Numbered from the stretch's first letter, positions 18,361-28,137 are shown. The stretch is 64,000 nt of DNA from an uncultured Bacteroidales bacterium (GCA_945948555.1 CAMFBM010000003.1:7839-71838); one strand, 5' to 3'. Translations and numbers: made by a program. The notes: generated by a model from the letters alone, not told the origin.

Positions 18361-20370
18361 ATGGCAAACAAAAAAGGCACAACCGGAACAATCGGAGTCA
18401 CGACGGAAAACATATTTCCGGTGATCAAGAAGTTCCTTTATTCGGATCACGAGATTTTCCTGAGGGAACTTGTCGCAAACGCAGTTGACGCGACGCAGAA
18501 GATGAAGGCTCTCGCCGCTTCCGGCGATTTCAAGGGGGAACTGGGAAACCTCAAGGTCAGGATTGAACTTGACGAGTCCGCCAAGACATTGAAAGTCATT
18601 GACAACGGTATCGGTATGACCTCGGAGGAGGTTGACAGGTACATCAACCAGATTGCATTTTCTTCCGCAGGGGAGTTCCTTGAGAAATACAAGGACCAGA
18701 TCGGCAGCATCATAGGCCATTTCGGCCTCGGATTCTATTCCGCTTTTATGGTGTCGAAGAAGGTGACCATCGAGACCCTTTCCTGGAAGGAGGGCTCAAA
18801 GGGGGTTCTCTGGAGCTGCGACGGATCGCCTGAGTACGAGATGTCCGACTGTGACAAGGCTGACAGGGGCACTGTCATCACCCTTTACATCGACAAGGAC
18901 GATGAGGAGTTCGCCGCCAAGGGACGCATCCAGACCCTTCTTGACAAGTATTGCAAGTTTATGCCTGTGCCTGTGGTCTTCGGAAAGGAGCAGGAGTGGA
19001 AGGACGGCAAGTATGTTGACACCGACAAGGACAATGTCATCAACAAGGTTGAGCCGCTCTGGGCAAAGAAACCTTCCGAGTTGAAGGATGAGGACTATGC
19101 GGAGTTCTACAGGGCCCTGTATCCGATGGGTGAGGAGCCGCTGTTCCATATCCACCTGAATGTTGACTATCCTTTCAATCTGACAGGAATCCTGTATTTC
19201 CCGAAGATCAAGGACAAGATGGAGATTACACGTAACAAGATTCAGTTGTACTGCAACCAGATGTTCGTTACGGATTCCGTTGACAACATTGTTCCGGATT
19301 TCCTTACTTTGCTGCACGGTGTGATTGATTCTCCGGACATCCCTCTGAACGTGTCCAGAAGCTATCTGCAGAGTGATGCCAATGTGAAGAAGATATCAGG
19401 CTACATCACAAAGAAGGTTGCTGACAGGCTTGAGGACATATTCAAGAACGAGAGGGCTTCCCTTGAGAGCAAATGGGACAATCTCAAACTGTTCATCGAG
19501 TACGGAATGCTCAGCGACGAGAAGTTCTGCGAACGCGCGATGAAATTCTGCCTGCTCAAGAACACTGAGGGCAAGTATTTCAGCATTGACGACTACAAGA
19601 AGGCCATTGAGGGCACTCAGACTGACAAGGACAAGAAGGTTGTCTTCCTCTATGCCACGGATGTGCAGTCACAGTACTCTTTCGTCGAGGCTGCCAAAAA
19701 CAAAGGCTACGATGTCCTTCTGATGGACTGTCAGTTGGATTCGCATTTCGTGAATCTGCTTGAGATGAAACTGGAGAACACCCGTTTCGCCCGCGTGGAT
19801 TCAGACAGTATCGACAATCTGATTCCGCTTGAGGAGAAAATCCGTCCGGAACTTGCCGAGGAGGAGAAATCTGACCTCAATGTGATTTTCCAGAGCGTCC
19901 TGCCGAAAGAGAACCAGTATTATGTTCAGGCAGACAATCTCGGCGAGAATGCCGCTCCGATTCTTATCACTCAGTCCGAGTTTATGAGAAGGTACCGCGA
20001 AATGTCGGCTCTTGGTGGAGGAATGAATTTCTACGGTGAGATGCCGGAGTCCTACAACATCACGGTGAATATGCAGAACCCGTTGATTGCCAGGATTATG
20101 ACTGCCAAGGCTGAGACTGTTTCACCGGCCCGTAAGGTGGAAGATGCACCGTCAGACGCCACTGAGGATCAGAAGAAGACAGTGACCGAGGCAAAGGATG
20201 CCGCTGCTGCAGAGCACAAGGCTGATCTTGAGACATTTGCTGCGGGGAATCCAATACTCAAACAGGTGACTGACCTGGCTCTTCTGGCCAATGGTATGCT
20301 GAAAGGCAAAGCCCTGAGCGATTTCATTGCACGGAGCGCGAAGGTTGTTGAGGATGCCTATCTGAAATAA
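18361..20370 (+). CDS. htpG: Hsp90 chaperone HtpG
   Basis: ENIFPVIKKFLYSDHEIFLRELVANAVDA, DNGIGMT, IGHFGLGFYSAF and PLNVSRSYLQ. Confidence 0.97.
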   Translation: MANKKGTTGTIGVTTENIFPVIKKFLYSDHEIFLRELVANAVDATQKMKALAASGDFKGELGNLKVRIELDESAKTLKVIDNGIGMTSEEVDRYINQIAFSSAGEFLEKYKDQIGSIIGHFGLGFYSAFMVSKKVTIETLSWKEGSKGVLWSCDGSPEYEMSDCDKADRGTVITLYIDKDDEEFAAKGRIQTLLDKYCKFMPVPVVFGKEQEWKDGKYVDTDKDNVINKVEPLWAKKPSELKDEDYAEFYRALYPMGEEPLFHIHLNVDYPFNLTGILYFPKIKDKMEITRNKIQLYCNQMFVTDSVDNIVPDFLTLLHGVIDSPDIPLNVSRSYLQSDANVKKISGYITKKVADRLEDIFKNERASLESKWDNLKLFIEYGMLSDEKFCERAMKFCLLKNTEGKYFSIDDYKKAIEGTQTDKDKKVVFLYATDVQSQYSFVEAAKNKGYDVLLMDCQLDSHFVNLLEMKLENTRFARVDSDSIDNLIPLEEKIRPELAEEEKSDLNVIFQSVLPKENQYYVQADNLGENAAPILITQSEFMRRYREMSALGGGMNFYGEMPESYNITVNMQNPLIARIMTAKAETVSPARKVEDAPSDATEDQKKTVTEAKDAAAAEHKADLETFAAGNPILKQVTDLALLANGMLKGKALSDFIARSAKVVEDAYLK

Positions 20371-20416
20371 GAAAACCCGGGCTTCTGCCTTTTGGAAGTG
20401 AGCCCGGATGGGTTTA
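20371..20416. terminator. Probable bidirectional terminator between convergent htpG and folE
   Basis: AAACCCGGGCTTC...GAGCCCGGATGGGTTT imperfect inverted repeat. Confidence 0.6.
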
Positions 20417-21004
20417 CTGTCTGATGAGGTTGAGGAATTCGTTCCTCGTTCTCTCGTCACTGAGGAAAATACCTGAAAAGGCCGATGTGGTTGTGACTGC
20501 ATTGGCCTTTTGTACACCTCTGAGTTGCATACAAGTGTGTGAGGCCTCGATGACAACTGCAACGCCGAGCGGTTTGAGTGTGTCCTGGATGCAGTCCCTG
20601 ATCTGCATTGTCAGCCTTTCCTGGACCTGAAGCCTTCTTGCGAAGGTTTCCACCACACGGGCTATTTTGCTCAGTCCCGTGATGACTCCGTCAGGGATGT
20701 AGGCCACGTGAGCCTTCCCTATGAACGGCATAACGTGGTGCTCGCAGGTAGAGTAGAGGTCAATGTCCTTGACAATAACCATCTGGCTGTAGTCCTCGTT
20801 GAACATAGCGCTGCGAAGAATCTCCGCCCCGTCCTCCGAATATCCCTTCGTCAGAAACTGGAGTGCCTTTGCAACCCTCTCCGGAGTCTTTACAAGTCCC
20901 TCTCTCTCAGGGTCTTCCCCGAGAAGCCTAAGAATCTCCCTATAGTGGCGCGCAATTTCATCGGTGACTGCCGTCTCGTATATTTCCTCTTTAATGTAGC
21001 TCAT
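20414..21004 (-). CDS. folE: GTP cyclohydrolase I
   Basis: [41 protein letters not shown] and HTCMQLRG. Start set at MSYIKEE. Confidence 0.96.
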   Translation of the reverse strand: MSYIKEEIYETAVTDEIARHYREILRLLGEDPEREGLVKTPERVAKALQFLTKGYSEDGAEILRSAMFNEDYSQMVIVKDIDLYSTCEHHVMPFIGKAHVAYIPDGVITGLSKIARVVETFARRLQVQERLTMQIRDCIQDTLKPLGVAVVIEASHTCMQLRGVQKANAVTTTSAFSGIFLSDERTRNEFLNLIRQ

Positions 21005-21166
21005 CTCTGTTTCTGGTATGAATGTTGTTCGACGCTTCGGGCTGCAAAAATAGTAAAAAGAATTCATCTTATCGTTTTTTTGTTTTATATTTGCGCCCCA
21101 TTATTCAAAGCAAAATCTGAAGTTTTGCTAAGTAAATGAATATTAACAAATTAAAATAACATAATT

Positions 21167-21388
21167 ATGTATTGGACACTTGAACTTGCTTACAGATTGG
21201 AAGATGCTCCGTGGCCTGCAACCAAAGATGAACTGATTGACTATGCCAATCGTTCCGGAGCCCCCCTCGAAGTAGTTGAGAACCTGGAAGAGCTTGAGGA
21301 CGACGGAGAAATCTACGAAAGCATAGAGGACATCTGGCCGGACTATCCAACCAAGGATGATTTCTTCTTTAACGAAGAGGAATATTAG
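21167..21388 (+). CDS. DUF2795-domain small acidic protein
   Basis: MYWTLELA...APWPATKDELIDYA...DFFFNEEEY matches the conserved Bacteroidota DUF2795 pattern; -7 box TATATTTG at 21086-21093. Confidence 0.9.
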   Translation: MYWTLELAYRLEDAPWPATKDELIDYANRSGAPLEVVENLEELEDDGEIYESIEDIWPDYPTKDDFFFNEEEY

Positions 21389-21422
21389 AAGACAACTTTC
21401 TGATTAGCAGATAGAAACACTT

Positions 21423-21454
21423 ACCAAGGGCGATTCTTCGGAGTCGCCCTTGGT
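21423..21454. terminator. 14-bp stem with cUUCGg tetraloop between convergent genes
   Basis: ACCAAGGGCGATTC-TTCG-GAGTCGCCCTTGGT. Confidence 0.75.
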
Positions 21455-21487
21455 GCGTTTTGACCGCAGTCACCCCATTATGCCAGC

Positions 21488-23092
21488 CTAGAACAGGTAG
21501 CCGAGATTTATGTAAAAGGCTCCACCGCCATCCTGCATATAGTATGGACTGGTTTTCCTGTAGAAACGGCTAGTCGGCAGCCCGTACTCAAAAGCAACGA
21601 TGAAGTTGGTGTTCATAATGAAGCGGAGACCCAGACCGAAGGTCGTGTGTGGTATCTCCCTAAGCGAATAAACCTTGCCGTTTACACCGCAATCTATTTC
21701 CTTGTAATGTTTCTGCTGTGTCCTGGCAGACATATCACTGTAACGACTCTCCATATATGCTTTGTAGAGAGCGAACTTGCCGGCATCTGAAGCATCTCCC
21801 TTGTAGGACATATCACGGCCCCTTGTCACCATCGAACCGTCTGTAAAAGCAGTGAGGGAGAATGCGATATTCTGTTTCCACAGCTTGAAGTCCACGAATT
21901 TGTAACGGAACTCTGCCGTCCAGAGCATCTGGTCAAGACCGACAACACGGGTCCTCATCACTCCTCTGGTTGTACGGTAACTGCCAAAGCCTTCATTGTC
22001 GGTTTCGTTGCCGAGCATTGTATTGAACGGCAGGGCATAGTAAGGAGCATTTTTCCCGAAGGTTCCCTCGTAATTGACGCGATAGGCAAAAGTCAGTATG
22101 TCGTTCTTTATGACAGGAACATAATGGCGGAAAGTAAAGGCATATTTGTAGTATGAATTGCTGGAACCCAGCCATTTCGGAGCAAGAATCACGTGAGCTT
22201 CGGCCCATATTCCCCTGCTTGGAGCACCTTCGTTGTTTCTGGTGTCATACATAAGCCCGAGCCTTATGCTGCTGTCGAACATATTAGGCTTCCCTTTGGC
22301 GTCGTAAATCTCCTTCAAGTCGATAAGCCCCCAATCCTTATAGAGTTCATAGAGAGTGGGAACGTAGTCTCTCGTGTCTGTCTCACCCCTCATCTCTGCC
22401 TGCTTTGCATTGGCAAAGGAATCTGGACCGGAAGGGAAGGTGTCATACCAGTTTTTCTTTTTGTTTATGCTTGTACGGTCAATCTTGTCCTGATTGTACC
22501 AGCGGAAATGGTATCCGGCTTCCCAATATAAATTCTCCGTAATATGGCCGATGAAGTCTGTCTTGGCATAGAGAGTCGAATTGTTGAAACGGTAAAAAGG
22601 ATTGTATCGGTACTTGAGCGGGTCCGGTACTGCCTGGCCTTTATTTATGGCCTTGCTGTTGTTTGATTCGGCCATCCTCTCATAGTCATAATATGACTGG
22701 AAACCATTGAAACCGTAGAAGTCAAAAGCCTTGTCTATATTGTAAGATATTGCAGTTGACCATCTTACTCCGGGAATAAGGTGTTTGTTGTCGTGCTGGA
22801 TCTGAAAGAGCATCGAGCCCTTGGTGAAATATGACGCCTCGAAATACCAACGGTTGAAATAGTTCGGATAGGTTGACCCGTCTCCATAATAGTAAAGATT
22901 GAGAATGGCACCGAGTTGGAAACCTTTGTCTGCATCATAGGCAATGGCCGGAAGGGGTCCGAAGTTCATGCCTGTCTTTATTATCTGCCCTTGCTCATTG
23001 TAGATTGGTTCCTTCTTTGCTTTTTTCTCTTTTGCTTCGGTTGTACCTGCAAATATGAAAAGAAATAGGGTTGCAATGAAAATATGTACCAT
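21488..23092 (-). CDS. Omp85/BamA-TamA-like outer-membrane barrel with no clear POTRA domains
   Basis: Signal peptide, GPLPAIAYDADKGFQLG, loop-6-like TTRGVMRTR, AEFRYK, FTDGSMV and C-terminal FYINLGYLF. Start set at MVHIF (track start is 23152). Confidence 0.75.
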   Translation of the reverse strand: MVHIFIATLFLFIFAGTTEAKEKKAKKEPIYNEQGQIIKTGMNFGPLPAIAYDADKGFQLGAILNLYYYGDGSTYPNYFNRWYFEASYFTKGSMLFQIQHDNKHLIPGVRWSTAISYNIDKAFDFYGFNGFQSYYDYERMAESNNSKAINKGQAVPDPLKYRYNPFYRFNNSTLYAKTDFIGHITENLYWEAGYHFRWYNQDKIDRTSINKKKNWYDTFPSGPDSFANAKQAEMRGETDTRDYVPTLYELYKDWGLIDLKEIYDAKGKPNMFDSSIRLGLMYDTRNNEGAPSRGIWAEAHVILAPKWLGSSNSYYKYAFTFRHYVPVIKNDILTFAYRVNYEGTFGKNAPYYALPFNTMLGNETDNEGFGSYRTTRGVMRTRVVGLDQMLWTAEFRYKFVDFKLWKQNIAFSLTAFTDGSMVTRGRDMSYKGDASDAGKFALYKAYMESRYSDMSARTQQKHYKEIDCGVNGKVYSLREIPHTTFGLGLRFIMNTNFIVAFEYGLPTSRFYRKTSPYYMQDGGGAFYINLGYLF

Positions 23093-23254
23093 ATTGAAGG
23101 AACGATAATAGGCTAATTTCAGATGAGACAAATAATCTTTCATATTCACCAAAAGTATGAAATATATTCGATATACACAACAACAAATTGTAAATTGTGA
23201 AACTCGGGCAAAAGAGCTAACTTTGGAATTTGTTTGAAAATTGAGTCGGAAAAT

Positions 23255-24223
23255 ATGAGAAAGAAATCAAAAATCAGAATCGCTCTGTATGTTCTTCTTG
23301 GTGTTTTGGCCTTGATTGTGATGGTATTAGGCTTCGCCTGCCGATATATGCTTGATTTTTCACTGAAATCGGATCTGAACAGAAAAGACCTCGACAGCAC
23401 GGTAAACGTACTTTACAGCCGTTTCCCGGATATGAAGCCTTGGCTTGACAGTGTTAAAACGACAGGGACTCTGAGGGACACCTTCGTGGTAATGCCCAGT
23501 GGTGAACATCACCATGCATATTATTTGAGGACTGCAAATGCCTGCGGCAGGACAGCCGTTATGGTTCACGGATACAAGGATGCGGCTGTCAAGTTTTTCT
23601 ATTTTATGAGGATGTACAACCGGGACCTTGGTTACAACGTGCTGATGCCTGACCTTCACGGACACGGACTCAGTGAGGGAGACGATATACAGATGGGGTG
23701 GAAGGATGCTGATGACCTCCTCTTCTGGACATCAGTTGCAGAGCAACTTTTCCGCTGCGAGAATCATCCGAGCAGGGTAATTGTTCACGGAGTCTCAATG
23801 GGAGCGGCCACAACTATGGTTCTTTCCGGCAAGGACAATGTCCCGGAGTATGTCAGGGGATATATCGAAGACTGTGGATATACAAGCGTGTGGGATGAGT
23901 TCTCGCTGATGCTCAAGGAAATGTTCGGTCTTCCTTCATTCCCTCTTATGCATTGTACAAGTGCTTTGTGCAGAATGAAATACGGATGGGATTTCAAAGA
24001 AGCGTCCCCTCTTGAATCAATCAGGCGATGCACGCGGCCTATGCTGATGATTCACGGTGACCGGGACACTTTCGTTCCATTCAGTATGTTCCAGCCCCTG
24101 GTTGATGCAAAGCCTGAACCCAAGATGACTTGGGTGGCACCGGGTTCAGAGCATGCAAGGTCATATCAGGATTATCCGGAAGAATACACGGCCCTTGTAG
24201 AATCCTTCCTCAAGAGCCTGTAA
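23255..24223 (+). CDS. Alpha/beta hydrolase with N-terminal membrane anchor
   Basis: VHGYKD, nucleophile GVSMGA, IHGDRDTFVP and EHARSY triad motifs. Confidence 0.9.
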   Translation: MRKKSKIRIALYVLLGVLALIVMVLGFACRYMLDFSLKSDLNRKDLDSTVNVLYSRFPDMKPWLDSVKTTGTLRDTFVVMPSGEHHHAYYLRTANACGRTAVMVHGYKDAAVKFFYFMRMYNRDLGYNVLMPDLHGHGLSEGDDIQMGWKDADDLLFWTSVAEQLFRCENHPSRVIVHGVSMGAATTMVLSGKDNVPEYVRGYIEDCGYTSVWDEFSLMLKEMFGLPSFPLMHCTSALCRMKYGWDFKEASPLESIRRCTRPMLMIHGDRDTFVPFSMFQPLVDAKPEPKMTWVAPGSEHARSYQDYPEEYTALVESFLKSL

Positions 24224-24266
24224 TTTTCAATCTTACCCCCTGACGCCAGCGATGGCCCGGAAGTTC

Positions 24267-24764
24267 TTATTGTGCTTGACCTTCGATTGCCTTTGAGAGC
24301 AACTTTTCCAGTTCTTGCCGTGGCATTGTCCCGTCAAGGCTGATGAACACCACTTCGTCGCTTTCCACGGCGAGCATCACGAAACCTTCCACGATGTTTT
24401 CATTTCCGGATGTGTAGATTCTTACGGTCTCATCATCCGACCTGGTTTCCATCATCAGTTCATATTTCTTTGACCCGACGAATTTCTCCACGTCCGACAG
24501 AAGCGCATCAGCGATGCTTTTGTTCTCGGCTTCAATGATATATAAACCATTGAGGGTCTGTATGATGCCGGCAAGATTGATGTCGGTGTCCTCGATTTCC
24601 AGGTCAGGCAGCTTTCCTATCATCCTGAACATGGACGGCGAGATGTACACCGCGCTGACACCTTTGTTCCCTGAATATTTCTTGTATATGCTTTCGCCGC
24701 TTTGGGCGAAGGAAGTGATGGTTGCGAGCACCGTGAATATGGCACATAAAACTGTTTTTTTCAT
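24267..24764 (-). CDS. DUF4252-like exported protein
   Basis: Signal peptide, VSAVYISPSMF and YELMMETRSDDETVRIY; located in an ECF operon. Confidence 0.75.
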   Translation of the reverse strand: MKKTVLCAIFTVLATITSFAQSGESIYKKYSGNKGVSAVYISPSMFRMIGKLPDLEIEDTDINLAGIIQTLNGLYIIEAENKSIADALLSDVEKFVGSKKYELMMETRSDDETVRIYTSGNENIVEGFVMLAVESDEVVFISLDGTMPRQELEKLLSKAIEGQAQ

Positions 24765-24816
24765 ATCCTTTCTAATGTTTTTTCGTATATAACTTTATAT
24801 ATGTCTTGATATTGTT

Positions 24817-25203
24817 TTACTTTTGTCTCAATATTTCTGTGGTCTTGTCGAAAATCATTTTCCCCTCAGAGGCAAGGCCGAGCCCCGGTGACATTTTTTC
24901 TGAGATATATGCAAATGTCTTTTCGACTTCTGCGTAGGCCTGTACCGGGTCGTCAAAGGTGTCGGCAGGATGATTCCCGTGATAGAGGAATACTCCTGCT
25001 GCCGTCAGTGAGGCTGCCACTGCAATGCCTGCTGCCGCTGATGCAAACCGGATCGGTCTGCGGGATTTTTCGCGCACGGAAGAGGCAAGAAGCAGATTCT
25101 CAATGTCTTTTCCAAGGTTCTCCGGGGCATCGGGAGCCTGGGACAATGCAAGTCTTTCAAGTTCTTCGGCGGTCAGATTCTCTATTTCATCTATCCTTTT
25201 CAT
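24817..25203 (-). CDS. Putative anti-sigma factor (single TM)
   Basis: Directly downstream of the ECF sigma; central TM (FASAAAGIAVAASL) and DTFDDPVQAYAEV tail. Confidence 0.65.
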   Translation of the reverse strand: MKRIDEIENLTAEELERLALSQAPDAPENLGKDIENLLLASSVREKSRRPIRFASAAAGIAVAASLTAAGVFLYHGNHPADTFDDPVQAYAEVEKTFAYISEKMSPGLGLASEGKMIFDKTTEILRQK

Positions 25204-25675
25204 ATTCTCTCAATGTTTTGCGGGCTTTGGAGAGGAGTACCCTCAGCATTATGCCGTTTGTTCCTGTCTTTTTTTCAATCTCTTTGTAGTCAAGTCCTTC
25301 AACTGTCTTCAGAAGCAGGACCTCGCGTTGTCGCTCCGGAAGGGACTTCACGGCTTCAAGCACATTTGCCAGCCTTTCCCTTGCCAGAATCCTGTCTGCC
25401 TGCTCCATTCCGTCATCCCTTTCGGGGAGAATCTCCGGAAGAGTCTGCCTGGATCTGCGCCGGATTGTGTCTATGCAGCTGTTTTTCAGCAGGGTAATGC
25501 AGTACGCCTTCGGGTTTGAGACATCGTCCAGCACTTCGCGCCTGCTCCACAATTTCAGGTACAGTTCCTGGACTGCATCCCTGGCGTCCGCCTCGGACTC
25601 AAGAATGTAGAAAGCCACTTTGTACAGAATGTCGTTCAGCGGCAGGAATTTTTCCCTGAAGGATTCAGTTCTCAT
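25187..25675 (-). CDS. ECF-type RNA polymerase sigma-70 factor
   Basis: Region 2 DARDAVQELYLKLW...NSCIDTIRRR and region 4 LPERQREVLLLK...LLSKARK. Start set at MRTESF. Confidence 0.92.
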   Translation of the reverse strand: MRTESFREKFLPLNDILYKVAFYILESEADARDAVQELYLKLWSRREVLDDVSNPKAYCITLLKNSCIDTIRRRSRQTLPEILPERDDGMEQADRILARERLANVLEAVKSLPERQREVLLLKTVEGLDYKEIEKKTGTNGIMLRVLLSKARKTLREYEKDR

Positions 25676-26171
25676 TTGCAAGCAGATTGCCGATTGTGGA
25701 TGCTTCGTATTTGCCATCAAAGAGGATGAGGCTGCAATCGGAAGGACTGTACATCACGATGTCGCTGACAGTACCTTTTTTGTCGTCGAAGATTCCGTAA
25801 ATTGTCACGGTTTCGTCATCGTCCTTGATCTCAATGATGATTTCGTGTCTGGCCAAGGCTTGTGAAATGCTTGTGGAATATTTCACCCTGTCGGCTTGGA
25901 AACAATCCGAGTAATCCGCGATTGTCATCTTCTTCGTGTCTTTCATCAGGGCGAGGATGGCCTTGTCCTCTTCATCGTCGCCTTCTTCTTCCAGGGCGAT
26001 TCTGAAAATGGACATTCCGAGTCGTCCCAGTCTTACCACGTCTGCGTCCTTGTTCTGTTTAATCGTCTCGATTACTTTGTCGAGTTCCAGCTCTGCTGCC
26101 TTGTCTTTTACTGCTCCGCAGCACAGCCACGCGGCTGTCAGAGTTATAGCTATTAAAAGAATCCGTTTCAT
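25665..26171 (-). CDS. DUF4252-like exported protein, first gene of the ECF operon
   Basis: Signal peptide; HEIIIEIKDDDETVTIY resembles the downstream paralogue. Confidence 0.65.
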   Translation of the reverse strand: MKRILLIAITLTAAWLCCGAVKDKAAELELDKVIETIKQNKDADVVRLGRLGMSIFRIALEEEGDDEEDKAILALMKDTKKMTIADYSDCFQADRVKYSTSISQALARHEIIIEIKDDDETVTIYGIFDDKKGTVSDIVMYSPSDCSLILFDGKYEASTIGNLLANEN

Positions 26172-26240
26172 TTTTCAAAAAATATAAATTGGTTTGATCA
26201 TTCGTGTTGCGTCCCGGCCGGAACAGCGCTCCGAACAATA

Positions 26241-26266
26241 GACGGACAACACAGGAATCTGTTAAT
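26241..26266 (-). promoter_or_regulatory. ECF-type promoter of the ECF operon (probable autoregulation)
   Basis: Minus strand CATTAAC-N16-CGTC(TA) fits the canonical ECF AAC-N16/17-CGT layout. Confidence 0.6.
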
Positions 26267-26430
26267 GAAAATCTGAGAAAATTTGGTAATTGTGTCATAC
26301 CTTCCCCTCCGGCAGAATTCCGTGGTAACCCTCCGAAGAAATCCAGACGAAGAAAGCAAGACAGGAAGTCATCAGGTATTTCCATACCCTGACGCCCAAT
26401 TCCATATGAATCTGACCCACAAAATCTTTT

Positions 26431-26581
26431 TCGTGAAATTCATTCGGCACAGTCAAAGGCCATAGAATGCCGTCTATAGCCATCCCGCGTGGCGAGTGAG
26501 GAAAAATATACCGCATTGGACACATAGAATTCCACTACATAGGCTTCTATGCAAGGTTCCTGTGCCGAATGAATTTCACGA
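26431..26581. repeat. 151-bp element bounded by a perfect 22-bp inverted repeat
   Basis: TCGTGAAATTCATTCGGCACAG (26431-26452) and its exact reverse complement (26560-26581). Confidence 0.85.
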
Positions 26582-26585
26582 GAGA

Positions 26586-28016
26586 TTATATTTTACAATT
26601 TTGCAACTTCAACGCTGCACTTCCTCCAGCGAGGAAGCCGGTCGAAAATGCAGTCTGGAGATTGTAGCCTCCGGTGTCGGCATCAAGGTCGAGGATTTCT
26701 CCGGCGAAGTACAATCCGGGCACCTTTTTGCTCTCGAGTGTCTTTGCAACCAGCTCGGAGGCGGACACTCCGCCAGCCGTGACAACGCATCTCTCATAGC
26801 CGACATAGCCCTCAATAGGCATTCTCCAGTCCTTCAGCCTTTTGGAAAGTTTGCGGAAGTCCGTTTCCGGATTCTGTCTGAGGAACACCCTCACAAGTTC
26901 CTGCGGGAGCAATTTTCCGAGCAGTACCTTGACAAGGTCCTCCCGGCTTTTCCCCTTGCTCCTGCGGTCTTCGGAAATCTCTTTCCAGAGGGACTTGATT
27001 CTTGCTTCAAGCTCTTCAGCCAGGACTGCCGGTTTGAGGTCCAGCGAGACGGTAACCTTCGAACCGTTCATCAGGGCACGCACACAACGCCTGCTTACTT
27101 TGAATCCGATTGGCCCCTCAATCCCCCCGTCCGTGAAATCAAGATCCCCGAATTCCTCCTGCACAATGTTCCCGTCCATAATCACAGTCAGGCCGACATT
27201 CTTCAACTGTATTCCGGCAAGTGCCTCCCCGGTTTCGCTCAGAGGGATGGACCTGTCAATGTGACCCTTGAGCAATCCTTTGATTTTAACCTGGTTGCCT
27301 GTTTTGTAGCCCTCCGGAACAATCGCTGTGAGGGAAGGGAAGAGGGGAGTGACCTCCATTCCAAACGCCTCAGCCCAGTTGTAACCGTCTCCGGTAGAAC
27401 CTGTTCCGGGGTATGAAAGCCCGCCTGTCGCGATGATCAGGGCGCGGCAGTTGTATGAGTTCCCGTCGGTACATTCAATGATGAAATCTCCGCTTTTTTC
27501 CGTGATGTCGCTGCTTCCAGAGTCGTCGCCAGAACGACAGCCAGAGTCGCCGCCAGATCCACTTCCAGAGTCGCCGCCAGAGAAGTAAATCCCCCGGACC
27601 TCCTTCCCACAAAGAATCCGCGCGCCCGCCCTTGTGGCAGCCCTGACAAGGGTGTCAACCACATCGGACGAACGGTGTGATGCAGGAAATGCCCTGTCGC
27701 CCCTCTCCACAACGGTTTCCAACCCGTTTCTGTTGAGAAAATTCTCAAGGGCAGCCGGCGTCAGATTGTAGAAGGACGGCTTCAGGAGATTCGGTTTGGG
27801 GTGGACGTGGCCGGAGAACTCGTTCCAGTCTTTCATATTGGTGAAATTGCAGCGCCCCTTGCCGGTAATCATTATTTTCCGGCCGGGCCTCGGCATTTTC
27901 TCAAGGACGGTCACGGAGGTGCCTCCGGAGGCTGCTGAGATTTTTTCCGCCGCACCCACGGCAGCCATCAGACCTGCAGCTCCGGCTCCGATGATTATTA
28001 TATCTGAAAAAAACAT
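26586..28016 (-). CDS. HI0933/BaiN-family flavoprotein oxidoreductase
   Basis: IIGAGAAG, GRKIMITGKGRCNFTN, ATGGLSYPGTGSTGDGY, VTAGGV and DADTGGYNLQTAFSTG. Confidence 0.93.
   Translation of the reverse strand: MFFSDIIIIGAGAAGLMAAVGAAEKISAASGGTSVTVLEKMPRPGRKIMITGKGRCNFTNMKDWNEFSGHVHPKPNLLKPSFYNLTPAALENFLNRNGLETVVERGDRAFPASHRSSDVVDTLVRAATRAGARILCGKEVRGIYFSGGDSGSGSGGDSGCRSGDDSGSSDITEKSGDFIIECTDGNSYNCRALIIATGGLSYPGTGSTGDGYNWAEAFGMEVTPLFPSLTAIVPEGYKTGNQVKIKGLLKGHIDRSIPLSETGEALAGIQLKNVGLTVIMDGNIVQEEFGDLDFTDGGIEGPIGFKVSRRCVRALMNGSKVTVSLDLKPAVLAEELEARIKSLWKEISEDRRSKGKSREDLVKVLLGKLLPQELVRVFLRQNPETDFRKLSKRLKDWRMPIEGYVGYERCVVTAGGVSASELVAKTLESKKVPGLYFAGEILDLDADTGGYNLQTAFSTGFLAGGSAALKLQNCKI
27517..27581. 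repeat. Degenerate 24-bp tandem repeat (about 2.7 copies) inside the flavoprotein gene
   Basis: CCAGAGTCG(T/C)CGCCAG recurs at 27517, 27541 and 27565; encodes SGGDSGSGSGGDSGCRSGDDSG. Confidence 0.85.
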
Positions 28017-28129
28017 AACACTTCCCAACTTTGCACTAAGGAATATTCAAAATACAACCTGCACCATCTTCCTGAGGAATCTTCGAAAATTCTGATGAAA
28101 AATTTTGTCGCGAATATAGAAAAAATAAC

Positions 28130-28137
28130 TATCTTTG
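28130..28137 (+). promoter_or_regulatory. -7 promoter box for the tRNA
   Basis: TATCTTTG about 72 nt upstream of the tRNA. Confidence 0.6.

Noticed and set aside
21423-21454. cUUCGg hairpin as a REP element or ncRNA
   Set aside because: Single copy in the window and located between convergent genes; a bidirectional terminator explains it.
26295-26525. 76-aa minus-strand ORF with a hydrophobic patch crossing the inverted-repeat element
   Set aside because: No promoter, start context or family motif supports it; probably incidental.
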